Shown piece by piece: positions 1-13,172 of a stretch of 64,000 bases of DNA. Both the position numbers and the translations under genes were made by a program. The notes under the pieces were generated by a model. The model made no database searches, was not told where the DNA came from, and was given only the letters and a program-made list of their open reading frames with translations. Source of the DNA: Blastocladiella emersonii ATCC 22665 (taxonomy: Eukaryota; Fungi; Blastocladiomycota); NCBI GenBank assembly GCA_025594325.1, contig JANHCV010000005.1, forward strand, positions 1,798,001 through 1,862,000, written 5' to 3'. Positions within the stretch are counted from its first letter, which is position 1. Each line of letters starts with the position of its first letter.

Positions 1-3000
1 GTCTTCTTCCGCATCACCTTCTGGACCGCGCTCGGCGAGTCGACCGACCCCGAGCGCACCCAGGACCCCGTTCGTGATTTGGGACCGGCGCTCACCGTCC
101 TGTGGACGCGGCTCACGTCCGACCTGCGCCGCGGGCTCGCGGGCAACTGGGTCCCGCTCAAGAGTTCGGCGGTTGCGCTGCAGTGGCCCACGGCCGCCCC
201 GCCGGGTGAACCGACATTCTCGCCCATCCTCCCGTGGCCCGTGCGCGTCCGCGACGAGGCTATGATGGCGACCCGGGACCGCCCGTTCGCCGCATGGTCC
301 ACGTTGTGTTTCGCGTCCGAAGTCCTCCTCCGCACCAACATGCTGCCCGCCGCCTCGGTCGCCGCCATCTCGACGCTGCCCGTTGAGACCATCACCCAGG
401 CCGCGCCCAAGCGGCTGCGCCGGTTGAGTCCCCTCGAAGAACTACTCAACGTACGTTCGCTCTTCTCACTTGATACCATGCGTCTAACCCACAGTGCCCC
501 GAATAGGACGACGGCGTGCAGGCCAAAGACCTCGAGTTCTGCCAGGTCTACGCGGCGCAGCTCGTCTTCTTCGCGTCGATGCGGTACCGCGACGCGTGGT
601 CGGCGCAGGACATGATCGCCATCCTGTCGGCGCTCGGCAAGCAGCTGCAGGCTACGAGCCACGAGGTCTTCTTCTGGGCGTGCGTGGCGCTCGCCGCCGT
701 CGTGCGCCAGACCAACTGCCTCGCCATGCGCGCAGACGACCCCGCCGCCGCCGCCGAGCGCACGCAGTGGGTCCAGATCACGGGCACCGTGGTCCGCCGG
801 CTCGCCTCGCAGGTGTGCGCGCCCGCGTTCCACCTGCTGCTCGCCATGGAGCTCGCGGGGATCACCGCGGCGCCGAGCATCGCCGCCGAGCTCGACGCCA
901 TCGTCCCCGGCCCGCTCGCCCTGTTCTCGACGCAGGGCGCGGTCCCGACCGGCCCGCTGCTCCGGTACGCCGTGCACATGGCGACGACCAACCGCCCGAG
1001 CTGGGCGTCCGTCGACTGGACGCCCGCCGCGCACGCGTGGCTGTTCGCCGACCGCGCGGCCCTCGACGCGGCGGCGACAGACGACCCGGATGCCGTCGGC
1101 GCGTTCCTCGCGGCGATCGGCGGCGACTCGGCTGGCGCGTACGACCTCGCGCGCGACGTCACATTCCCGACCGCGTGTGCGTCTGACGAGGTCATCTTCG
1201 AGCATGAATTTGTCACGTTCCACGCCGTCGGACGCGCGCTGTTCGAGGGCGAGCTGATTGAGCCGCGGCCGTCAAAAAAGGAGGTCGCGTATCGTGCAGC
1301 GTCCACGGCGACGACCAAACCCAACTTCATCCTCGCCGCGACCGTCATGGGCATGCTCGACGCGTTTGCCGGCGTCATGGCCGGCCCCGCCACTTCCGCG
1401 GGGCACGTCCGCGTCGCCGCGCACCTGCTCGACCTAGCACAGCGGTCCGGCGTCGTCCCGCCCGGCGCGCTCGAGTCGCACGTGCTCCTCGACGCCGCCA
1501 AGACCATTGCTCGCGCGCTGTTCGGCGAGACCGCGCCGCTGCCCGCGGGCAGCGACGACGAGGCGCACCGCGCCCTCGCTGTGAAACTGCACCAGCTCGC
1601 GCGCCTCGTCGGCGTCACCGGGTACCTCGCCGAACACTACCTCGGGTTCGGCGCCGTCGTCGCCACCGACCTCGCGCCGATCCGCGCCCCGCCCGTCATG
1701 TTCTCGTCGTCCATGTGCACGTCCATGGTCGACGTCGCGATCCGCGTGCGCGAGGTGATCCTCGCCGGCCGCGAATACGACGGCTCGGCGGCGACGATGA
1801 CACGCTCCGGGTCCGCGCGCGCGCCGGCCGTCCTAACCACGGCGCTGTGGAACGTGGCCGACGACGAGTTCCCCGCGGCCGGCGTGACGGTCGCCGCGCT
1901 CGTGTTCCGCGCCACGCTGGTCCAGGCGTCGCGCAGCGCGTACTTTTCGATCGAGGAATCCGCGCTCGGGCCCGCGCTGCTGCTCGATATCAGCAAGCTG
2001 ATGATGCTCGCGAACCCGGCGCTGTCCGTGTACACGCGGTACGCGACGGAGGACGCGCCGCACCTCGTGAAAGCCGCCAGCGCGGTCCCGCTCCTCGACG
2101 CGGCCTTCTCGCAGCTCCTCCTGCACCAGCGCAACCCCGTGCCGAGCCTCGCGTGCCTCGAGGCCATCACCGTCATCGCGCCCGCGCTCGCCGCGCACCT
2201 CGTCGACCCCGACGGGACGTTCGGCGAGGTCGTCGACTACTGCGTCCGCCGCTGCGCCCGCGTGTTTGTGACGCCGCGGTACAAGATCGCCGCGCTCCGC
2301 CTGTTCCACGCGGCCATCACGATGCCGCAGCTGTTGGGGGATATCGTCGAGCCCGAAAAGGTCCTCAAGGCGGTCCAGGACCTCGCCCGCGACTCGCTCG
2401 CGACCGTCCAGCTCGCTGTGATCGCGGACCTCCCGCGGTTCCTCGACCTCGCGACCACACGGGCCCTCGTGCGCACTTTCGTCGAGACGCTCGCGCCCAA
2501 GGGCATCTACGTCGAGAGACCGATCAAGGTCAAGGCTGAGGTCGGCGAGGAGGTGGACGAGCTCGAGGAGGTGGACGAGCTGGCGACGCAGCAGCAGCAG
2601 GTCAAGCCGCCGTCGCTGCAGCCGCCCGCAGCCGACCAGTCCCCGCAGCCGTTCGAGGCGGACGTGATCGCGCTCCTGTTCCTCGCGCAGCTCGCCATCA
2701 AGTGCGAGTACCTGCGCGTCGAGGCGCTGGCCGACCTCGTCGACCGGCTGCGCCGCGACGCGCTCGCCATGTACGCCGACTCGACCATGGCCATGATCGC
2801 GCGCCACACGGACAAGTCGGTCGCCGACTTCCTCGCCGACTACGTCCCCGCGGTCCTGTACCTGCAGACCGAGCGCGGCGCCGGGATCACGGACCCCGGA
2901 TTCCCCTTTGCGGCGCTCACGCAGTGCGCGACCCGCGAGGAGTACCTCGCCGCGTACACCAACGAGATCGTGTTCGCCCTCCTCATGCACTGCCGGTTTG

Positions 3001-6000
3001 ACGCGTTCGCGCACCTCGCGCAGGAGCTCCGCGCGCCGCCGCTCAAATTCCTCGCGCGCAACTTCACCGCCGTGTTCGCAGCCGCCATCCCGCTCTACTA
3101 CACGGGCGTCGCCGAGGACGCGGTGCGCGCGCAGCAGATCGTCGACTACCTGACCCGGTCGATCCACAAGGAGACGTTCCGCGAGCTGTACATGCACGGG
3201 CTCGACGACATGGCGGCGTACCTCCTGCTGCGCATCGCCGACACCGAGCACGACCCGGGCGCGCTGTTCCAGGGCATCGCCAATATCATGCTGACCAAGG
3301 AGGAGGAGGCGCGCGGGTGCGACCCGATCCCGGAAATGGGCCGCCTGTACGCGACGGCGCTCGGGCTCACGCCCATCAACGGCATCGAAGGCGGACCGTT
3401 CCCCCCATTCACGCGCACTTGTCTCCACGCCAAGGACCTCCCCGTGTACCCGACGGCGCAGTCGCTCAGCGCGCTGCAGCACCTGGCCGCGCAAAAGTGC
3501 GACCCGAACGCGACGGAGCCGCGGGATATCAAGAAGGACGGGCCATGGATGAGTATCATGGGCATCGTCGACGCTGGCATCACGCTTAGCGTGCTGCGCA
3601 ACGCCTTCACCGCGCTCACCGCGTGCTACTCGGTCGTCCACGAGCAGCACCACTGGCTGCACGTCATCCGCGTCCTGCTCTCGCTCATCCCCGACGACGT
3701 GTTCGAGACCCCGCTCGTCTTCGCCACCATCACCGCCGGCGCCCTCGTCGTCGCGCGCCGGTCCACGGTCTCGGCCGACGACGCCCTGCACCTCATCAAC
3801 ACCGCCGCCCAGGTGTTTGACCCCGAACACAGCACCGCCAACGCCGCGATCGTCGCGCAGATCGTGCTCCCGAAGCTCGCCGACGTGGTCGTCGGGCGGC
3901 CCGATCTCGCCGACGTCGCGGCCGGCCTCATCACGAGCCTCCTGCACATGTTCGCCGGCAAGACCGCGCCCGTCGACCTGCTCGTCCCGTTCAAGGACCA
4001 CCCGAAACTCGCGGCGCACGAGCACATGCGCCGCCAGCTGCAGGCCAGCCGGGGCGTCCTCGTCACGCCCGACCTGCTCATCTCGTACCTCGCCGTCGAC
4101 CCGACGCGCGACGCGCTCAAGACCAGCCTCGACCACATGCTCCGCGACATGTGGCTCCACTCGCGCGTGTACCCGGGCGCGCACGCCGCGCACGCGACCG
4201 CGCTGCTCATCGACACGGCGGGGGCGATGCCCGCCGGGCTGTCGGCCGCGGACGTGACGCTCATTGGGAATCAGTTCCCGGCGCTCCTCGTGCACAGCGC
4301 GCGGTCGTCCGCGTCCTCGCTGCCGCTGGGCGATGCGCGCGACCCGAGCCTTGCGAAACTGCAGCCGTGCGCCCGCGCGGTCCGCCGCGCCCTGCACGCG
4401 CTCGCCGGCGACGTGATGCACCTCGTCCGCGAGCTCGATTCGATCAAGGGCCTGCTCGAGCTCGGCCGCATCATGGCCAAGATCCCCGGGTCCGAGGTCG
4501 TGCCCTTCACGGGGTCGAAGCTCATCCAGGAGTTTTTCGCGATTGCCAACGGGCCCGCCAAGGTCACGGCCGAGACCAAGAAGGGCGCCGCCAAGGCGGC
4601 CCTGCCCGCGTCGCTCACGGACGCGGCGCAGTGGAGCTCGGCCGGGTGCGAGTCGCTCGACGTGTGGCTCGCGGCGCGGGTTCCCGCGCTCGCCGCGCAC
4701 CAGCGCGCGCCCTTTTTCCAGTCGGCCACGCGCCTGTTCGCCGCCAGCACGCATCTCGCCGTCAAGGTGTTCCCGTACCTCGTCGAGTCGTTTGTCGCGT
4801 CGGGCACCGACCAGTGCGCGGCCACCGCCGCCGCGCTCTCGGCCGTGTTCCGCAACGCGGACAACGAGCGCGTCGACGTCCTGCACCTCTGCATCGACGC
4901 CGTCAACCACGTGCGCGCCGAGTTCCAGGCGACCCAGGACCCGACGCTCGACCTCGACATCGAGCCGCTCCCCGCCGCGCACGCCGCGCGCCGGTGCGGC
5001 CGCACGTTCGACGCCCTGTACTTTGCCGAGCGCGCGCTGTCCGCGCTGCACGCCGAGGGCGCCGCGGACCCCGCCGTCAACGCGCTGCTCGTCGACCTGC
5101 ACAAGGATCTCGAGGATCCCGACGGGTTCGCGGGCGTCAACCGCGGCACCGGGTTCACGGACCTCCTCGCCGCGTACGAGCAGGCCGGCGACTGGGGCAT
5201 GGTCCTCGACGCGTGCGAGACCGAGATGGCCGTCGCCCCGCGCGGCGCGCCGCGCACCGACCTTTACCGCCGCTGCATGGCCGCCATGGATAAGCTCGGG
5301 TTCCACCGCCTCCTCGCCGACGTGCACGCCTCGTCCTCGTCCTCGTCCTCGGGTGCGCAGACGCAGTCGCTCACGGGCGTCGCTGAGGACCAGTACCACG
5401 CGCTGTGGCGCGACCAGCGGTGGGACCTTGCTGCCGCGCCCGACGGCAAGCTCGGGTTCCACGGGCACGTGTTCGAGGTCGGCAAGGCGCTCGGCGCCGG
5501 CCGCATCGACGCCGCCGCGCAGTGGGTGCAGTCCGGCACGCTCGCGGTCGCCTCGAGTCTCGCGGCCCGCGCGGGCGCCGCGGCGCGCCTCCTCGCGACC
5601 GCGCCCAAGCAGGACGTCCTGTTCCAGGCGCACGTCATGGCCAAGCTGCCCGCCGTCGTCCAGCACATCGCGCACCTCGCTCACCAGCCGCCGCTGCAGC
5701 AGCCCGCGGACGGCGAGCAGCACCAGCTGCCGTCGGCCGACGTGATCTGGCCCGTCGACCTCGCCACGATGCAGGACCACCTCGCCTTTGACAAACTCGA
5801 CATGCTGCTCGGGATCCGCGCGACCGTGTTCACTGCCGCGCGGCTGCCCGCGTCCATCACGCTGCCGGCGCTGCTCGACCACGCGACCGTGGCGCGCGGC
5901 GCGCGCCAGTTCCACGTGGCGGCCACGGCGCTCGCGCACGCGCGGTCGCTTGCAACGGCTGACGCGGACCGGTGGACGGTCGCGACGAACACGGCGAAAC

Positions 6001-8316
6001 TGCACTGGCTGCGCGGCAACGAGCGCGCGGCGCTCGGGATCCTGGACGCGGTGGTCGCCGAGACGTCGCCCGGCCCGCCGCCGCACGTCGCGGCGAAGCT
6101 GCTCAAGCGCGCGGGCAAGTGGCGCGCCGCGACGAAATCGCTCCCCGCGGACGTGCTGCTGCGCGACTACTTCGAGCGCGCGGCCGAGCTCGACCAGTCC
6201 AACGCCGGGATCCGGTACACGCTGGCGCGGTTCGCGCACGACCAGTTCCTCGCGATGCAGGCGTCGGAGCTCGTGCAGCGGCACCGGGTGCAGCGGCAGG
6301 CCAAGCAGCGCGACCTCGAGCTGGTCAAGCTGTCGCTGACGGCGATGGGCGAGCCGCGCACCACGAACCAGGTCACCGAGTGGAAGCGGCTCGAGATCAC
6401 GCGCAAGCGGCTGCGGATCCAGATCGCGCACGACGACGAGGTGATCGGGCAGCACGCGCAGCTCGAGTCGCAGTGCGTCCGCCGCGCCATCGAGAACTAC
6501 CTCGCGGCACTCGCGCTCGGCGATAACGCCAAGCACGACATGGCCGTGTACGCGGCGTGCTCGCTGTGGCTCGCGCACCCGACCGACGCGAGTGTCACGG
6601 AGGCGTTCGAAAAGGCGGAGAAGGACGTGCCCGCGCGCAAGTTCCTGGCCATGGTCACGCAGCTCACGGCGCGGCTCGGGTCCCGCAGCGACCTGGTCGC
6701 GTTCCAGCGCACGCTCATCACGCTCGTCTACCGCATGCTCGAGTCCCACCCGCACCACGTCATGTACCCGCTCATCGCGCTGTCTAACGGGAACGTGATC
6801 GGGTACGAGGGCAGGGGGTTCAAGTACGAGGCCAAGCACGACGACTTCACCGCGGTGCGCATGAGTACCGTCAGGGAAATCATGACGTCGTTCCAGACCA
6901 AGGCGCCCGAGCTCATTGCGCAGTACTACCGCCTCGCCACCGCGTACATCCAGATCTCGTACCGCAAGCACCAGGGCAGCTCGACCGGCACGTTCAAGCT
7001 CCCGCAGTCGACGCTGATCCACGAGATCAAGGACCTGACCGAGGTGCCCGTCACCACGGTCGCGGTGCCGTCGACCAAGCCCGGGATCGGCGTCCCCGAC
7101 GGCGTGCCGTTCGTCCGCGGGTTCGTGCCCGAGTACAAGGTGGTGGGCGGGGTCAACCTGCCCAAGGTGCTCAAGTGCGTCGGCAACGACGGGCGCGAGT
7201 ACGTGCAGCTGGTCAAGGGCAACGACGACCTGCGGCAGGACGCAACGCTGATGCAGGTGTTTGGCGTGGTCGACCGGCTGCTCGCGAAACACGCGCCGAC
7301 GCGGCGCCGGCTGCTCGGCGTCCGCACTTACCGCGTGGTCCCGCTCGCGCCCAAGGCCGGCCTTCTCGAGTGGGTCGCGCACACGTGCCCGCTCGGCAAC
7401 ATCCTGACCGACCTCCACGCGCAGCACACGGACGGCCGGCGTGACCAGTGGACCGCCATCAACTGCCGCCAGGCCATGCAGCGCGCGCAGGACCAGCCCG
7501 GCGCGACGGCGAAAACCAAGGCCGACTTTTTCACCACCCAGATCCTGCCGCGGTTCCGGCCCGTGTTCCACAAGTGGTTCGAGGCCCAGCCATCGGCCGA
7601 GGCGTGGTACCGCAAGCGGCTCGCGTTTGCGCGGTCGTGCGCCGCGTCGTCGATTGCCGGGTACGTGGTCGGGCTCGGCGACCGCCACTCGCAGAATATC
7701 CTCGTTGACGAGGCTAGCGGCGAGGTGATCCACATTGACCTGGTACGTGCTCTCATTCCTCGCGTGACCACGCAATCACTAACCCGTTCACGTCTAGGGC
7801 ATCGCCTTCGACGGCGGCACGTACCTCCCAGTGCCGGAACTCGTGCCGTTCCGGCTGACGCAGGAGCTTCGGGACGGGCTGGGCCCCGCGGGCGGCGGCG
7901 GGCGCGGCGAGGACGGCGTGTTCCGCCGTTGCTGCGAGGAGACGCTGGCGGTGCTGCAGGCCGAGGCGCACGTCATCATGACAATCCTCGAGGTGTTCCG
8001 GCACGACCCGCTGCACTCGTGGGCCGCCGATGCGGCGCGACTCGCCAAGGCGCAGCGCGAACACGGCGCGCCCGCCGCGGGCGAGGACAGCGACGGGGAC
8101 GAGGCCGTGGCGGTGGGCGCGCCGAGTGCAAGCGAGGGCGGCAGCGAGGAGGCGGACAAGTCGAACCGCGAGGCGGAGCGCGCGCTGCTGGGCGTCCGCC
8201 GCCGGCTCGCGGCGCAGGGCGTCAGCGTCGCGTGCCACGTCAACGAGCTCATCATGCAGGCGACGAATCCCGAGAACCTCGCGGGCATGTTTGTCGGGTG
8301 GCAGCCGTGGCTCTGA
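1..8316 (+). CDS. TEL1: ATM/Tel1 PIKK-family Ser/Thr kinase, 5'-incomplete; exons <1-450, 507-7742, 7798-8316
   Basis: Kinase motifs YVQLVKGNDDLRQD, GLGDRHSQNIL and (spliced) [25 protein letters not shown]; FATC end NLAGMFVGWQPWL*. Introns 451-506 (GTACGT..CTAAC..TAG) and 7743-7797 (GTACGT..CTAAC..TAG) join the frames correctly. Confidence 0.95.
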
Positions 8317-8418
8317 ACCGGTGTGGACGGATCAGTTTTGAAAATATATATCACGCAAGATGGATTGGTTGGATGTATTTCTATGTGCTAAATGGTGTGC
8401 ATGCGAGGGAGGGAAGGA

Positions 8419-9694
8419 TCAGACGCCGAGCCGCGTGTACGACGCGGCAGCAGGCGCCGTCATCATGGCCGAGGTCGCGGCGGTGACACGGCCACGGCGG
8501 CCGACGTTGCTGCGCCACCACGCGCCGAGCCCGCGGAGCGACCACCGCGGCGGCGCCACGTCGCTGAGCATCGACGACGCGGCCGCAATATCCACCACGA
8601 CCGACGATGCGGCGCCCGCGCCCGCGGGCACCGCGGACGGCCGCGCAAAGTGCCAGTCGTGAATGCCGACGCATAGCGGGCTGCCGAAGCTGGCCGACAG
8701 CTCGGCCTCGGACATGGCGGACGAGATGACGGAGGCCGAGGTCGGCATGCGCGAGCGCGGGCCCGTGCGCGAGATGAGCGGCGGGAGCGGGTAGTGCTGG
8801 TGGTTGTGGTGGAAGGTCTGGTACATCGCGCCGGTGCCGCCGGCGGAGGAGGGCGGCGGCGGGTGCAGAAAGTCGGACATGGAGCGGCGCTTTGGGCGCT
8901 GAACGAGCGGCGGCGCGTCTGGGATGTCGGCGGCGGCGGCGGCAGCGTGCGCGGGCGAGGAGAAGAGGTACGGCGTGGATGCAGTGCGGGCGGCGCGGTT
9001 CGAGAAGGCGGCTATGGGCGAGGAAGAGTCAGTCGGCGCCTCAACGAGAAGGGTGGCGAAAAAGCGCGTACAGTTCATGCCGAACGCGGCGTGTGCGGGC
9101 GCCGTCGGATGGCGAGACCGCGGGACCGCCGACGGGAGCGCGGGGAGGCACGGCACTGGCGCGGGCCGCGGCGGCCGTGTACCGGAGACCTTGCGCGAGG
9201 CAAAGGCGCGCAGCATTTCCTGGTCGGGGAGCTGGACGAGAGCGACGTCCCACTCGCCGACGCTGCGGTGGAGGCCCTTCCAGCACACCTCGCCAGTCAA
9301 AAACTCGGCGAGGCCGCGGTGCTCGACGTTGCGGCGGACGAGGACCGAGAGCAGGTTGTAGGCGGCGAACCAGGCGACGAGCAGCAGGCCGATCACGGTG
9401 CGGTAGTTGGTGACGGACTGGAACAGCGCGACGACCGCGGCGCCCGCCGACGGCACGCCGAACAGCGGGGCCGAGGCGGCGGCCACGACTGTCAGCAGCA
9501 CGAGGACCGTGGGCGCCACGAGCGCGGTGATCTTGAGGACGAGGACCGCGTCGTCGCCGTGGTCTGCTACGCCGCCGTAAAATCAGCGGTCTGATCAAGA
9601 TGCGGGTCGCGTGGGGAGGGCACGCACCCGAGTGGAAGTCGATGGTGCCGAGGGCAATGTTGCTGAGCCGCGTGAGCTCGTAGTAGACGTGCAT
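8419..9694 (-). CDS. Hypothetical membrane protein with two or more hydrophobic segments and a Ser/Pro-rich C-terminus; at least one intron (donor at 9627)
   Basis: ATG at 9694 (MHVYYELTRL...). A GTGCGT donor, GCTGAT branch and TAG acceptor splice into the 8419-9519 ORF. Hydrophobic stretches TVLVLLTVVAAA and TVIGLLLVAWFAAYNLL. A further intron near 9015-9180 is possible. No family recognised. Confidence 0.6.
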
Positions 9695-10070
9695 GGTTGG
9701 TGCTCGAGCAGGGGCGGTTACTGGGTGATGGTGTGGTGGGCCGCGCAGAGTGCAGTTGCCGGCGCCGGGAGCGAGCAGTGCATGAAAGCTTCGTAGCAAG
9801 TGCGAACTAGATCGGGGTCGAAGGAGAGAAGGCGAGCGGCGAGCGGGCGGAAGGCGAAGCGAAAGTGTCTCCGCGCCGAACACGCGTGAGAGCGCGGCAA
9901 CGCGTCTGTCACGTGCGCGGCGGGAGACGCGTGCCGATCGCGCCTCGGTCTCGCGGTCATCTCGCGCCGCGCACCTTCCTCGCCCGTCGCAGATCGCGCG
10001 CGCTCTCCCCATCTCTGCTAATTGTTAGCCCTAGCAGCATCGCGATACCCCCGCACTGCCCCGCGCGACG

Positions 10071-13020
10071 ATGCATCAGCGCCACCACCGCGGCGGCCAC
10101 CCGCACGCGCATCACCCTCATCCCCACCACCCTCACCAACCGCACCATCCGCACCTCGCCGCCATGGCGTCGGACCCGATCCCCGGCACCCGCGCCCCCG
10201 TGCGCCTCGAGCTCGAGCACGACGACGCCGATTTCGCCGACCCCGATGCCGACGACGGCGACGACCGGTCCATGGGCCACGAGCACGAGCAGCACCACCT
10301 CTCGCAGCACCCGCAGCAGCAGCCTCACGCCCCGTTCGGCGCGTACGTGCTGCTGCAGCCCGGCCAGCCCATCCCGTTCGCCGTGCTCGAGGGCGAGCCG
10401 GCCCGCCACCACCATCATCATCACCACGCGCATCACCACAACCCCGGATACGACGCAGCAGCCGCCGGGTACGCTGCGCCCGGCGGCGCGCACGGCGGCG
10501 GCGGCATCTCGTTCATGGACCCGCCGTCGTCGCCCGAGCCCGGCGACCCGGGACCCGTCATGATGCGCGCGAGCGCCGCGGCCGCCGTCGCGGACCCGCA
10601 CCAGCAGCCGACGTCGATCATGGCCTCGGACCACCTGCGCCACGCCGCGGCCCGCCATCGCGGCGGCGGCGCGCGGTTCGCCGACGACGTGCCTGCCGCT
10701 GACGCGTCGCCCGCATCGCGTCGGCCGGGCGACGTGCACGTCGCGTTCGCCGAGGGCACGCGGGCGGGCGACGACGACGAGGACGGCCGGTACGCCGACC
10801 GCATGGACCTGGTCGACTCGTTTGCGCGGCTGTCGACGCCCGACGTGGCGGCGGCGGGGTCGGCGCTCGCGCCCGCGGCCGAGCCGCACGAAGTCGACCA
10901 GGGCGGCGGTGCCGGCGAGCGGCACGCGCGGCAGCGGCGGCCGACGGGCATGGCCATCTCGATCCCGGGCACGCTGGCGGCCGAGGCGCGCGACCTCGAG
11001 GGCTTCCGCCTCGTCAAGAAGATGGGCGAGGGCGCCTTCTCGAAGGTCTACCACGCCATCGACGTGGCCACGGCCGATCACGTCGCCATCAAGGCCGTGG
11101 CCAAGACGTCGCTGTCGCCCAACCAGCGCAACGCGATCCTCAAGGAGGTGTCGGTGCACGCGCGCCTGCACCACCCGAACATCATCAAGCTGCGCCACCA
11201 CTTTGAGACCCACAAGCACTACGTGTTCGTGCTCGAGCTCGCGCCGGGCGGCGAGCTGTTCCAGCGCATCGTCGAGCTCACCTACTTCTCCGAGGACCTG
11301 TCGCGCCACGTCATTGTCCAGGTCGCGCGCGCCATCGAGTACCTGCACCACGCCGTCGGCGTCGTCCACCGCGACATCAAGCCCGAGAACCTGCTCTTCA
11401 CCCACATCCCGTTCCCGACCCGCGGCGCCATGGTCCCGACGGGCCGCACGCCCGGCGAGGAGAAGATGGACGAGGGACCCTTTACGCCGGGGCTCGGCGG
11501 CGGCGGCGTCGGCGTCGTCAAGCTCGGCGACTTTGGGTTGTCGAAGGTGATCGGCCGTGACGGCACCAAGACGCCGTGCGGCACCGTCGGGTACACGGCG
11601 CCCGAGATCGTCACGTCGCAGAGCTACACGGCCAGCGTCGACCTGTGGGCCACGGGATGCGTCCTGTACACGATGCTATGCGGGTTCCCGCCGTTCCACG
11701 TGCGTTTCTTCTCGTGAGAGCCTGATCGGTGCTCGCTGACGCTCACGTCGTCGGGGAACAGGACGAGGACCAGAGCATCCTCACGCAGAAGGTGGCCCGC
11801 GGCGAGTGGACGTTCCTCGCGCCTTGGTGGGACCGCATCTCGCCCGAGGCCAAGGACCTGGTCGCCAAGCTGCTCGAGGTGCGCCCCGACAAGCGCTACA
11901 CGATCGACCAGTTCTTCACCCACCCGTGGTACGTCTCCCTGCTCTGATCACCGGCAGCGCTTGTCGCTGACCTCTCGCCGCGGCACTCAGGGTCAACCAG
12001 ACATCCATGCCCGCGCGCCCGCTGTGGGACCCGCAGCTGCCGACGTCGACAGCCGCGTTCGGCGCGCCCACCACGGCCACGGTCGGGTTCCGCGACCACG
12101 TCGAGGTGCACGAGCCCGCCGCGGCCGCCGCGTCGGCCAGCGACTACGACGCCGAGCCGCCGCAGGACGATTCTGCGGGAGGCGGCGGGTGGGGCAACTT
12201 CCACATCCCGCTGCTCAAGACGCCGGCGACGGAGCGCGGGCCCGCGGCTACGGGGTACGACCCGTTCGGCGCGCCCGTGACCGAGGCCGAGCAACCCGCG
12301 GCCGCGACGGCCACGACGCCGAGCGCCAAGACGCCGTCGCAGCGCAACTTCAAGCACTACTTTGACCTGTCGTACCGCGCCGTCAACGACATGCTCGACA
12401 GCGCGGCGCCCGCGGAAGCGGCGGCCGACGCGGGGCCCGACGCGGGGCAGACGTGGAGCATGCTCGGCGTGATCCCGCGGTTCGCGCCCGCCGCTGCCTC
12501 GGCTTCGTCGACCAGCGGTAGCGGCACCGGCGCCGGGACCGGGTCGCGCACGAGCCGCGTCGGCCGCGCGCTCAGTCGTATGGTCCGCGGGACCGTCGGG
12601 TCCGTGGCCAAATCGTCCGGCTCGGGTTCGAGCTCGGGCACGGGGACCTCGCCGCCGTCATCTACCGCGACGACGGGCTGGCCCGCGTCCGGCGGCACCG
12701 CGTCGGCGGTCCCCGCGTCCGCGTCGTCGCTGCGCCACGCCATGGCCATGGCGTCGCCGCCCGTGAGCCCGACGGTCGGCACGTTCGCCGCGGCGTCGAG
12801 CGCCGGGTCGAGCGCGGTGAGCAGCCCGCTATCCACGGCGCCGTCCTCGCCCGCGCGCGGTGCGAGCGGTGGTGGTGGTGGTGGTGGGTTCGCGCTCGAT
12901 CTCAAGGAGTCGTCGCTGCTCAGCAAGCGGCGCACGCCCAAGGCCGGTGCCGGTGCTGCCGCGGGTTCGGCGGCGGCGGGCGCGGCGAGCGGCGGGAAGA
13001 CGGCGCGGTTCGAGGAGTAG
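10071..13020 (+). CDS. SRK1: CAMK-group MAPK-activated kinase, Srk1/Rck2-like; exons 10071-11699, 11762-11928, 11991-13020
   Basis: MGEGAFSKV, VAIK, HRDIKPENLLF, insertion ending GGGGVGVVKLGDFGLSK, TPCGTVGYTAPE, GFPPF|DED, WWDRIS. C-terminal LDLKESSLLSKRR is typical of Rck/Srk1. Introns 11700-11761 and 11929-11990 are canonical. Confidence 0.85.
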
Positions 13021-13172
13021 TTTGTGAGAGGACGGGATTCATGCAATGTAAATATACCGCACGCCAAAGGAAAGACTGGACTGGGTTGGACACGAGTTGT
13101 TGTATGAGGTACACGAACGAATGAATGGAACACAAAGGGAAGAGACACAAAAGGAAGACTCTGCGCAGCCAC

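Noticed and set aside
1833-7775. 1980-aa minus-strand ORF
   Set aside because: Antisense shadow of TEL1 caused by strong codon bias; no protein-like motifs.
7743-8486. Arg-rich tail of the 2656-aa ORF ending at 8486
   Set aside because: Read-through of intron 7743-7797; the true end is the FATC domain at 8316.
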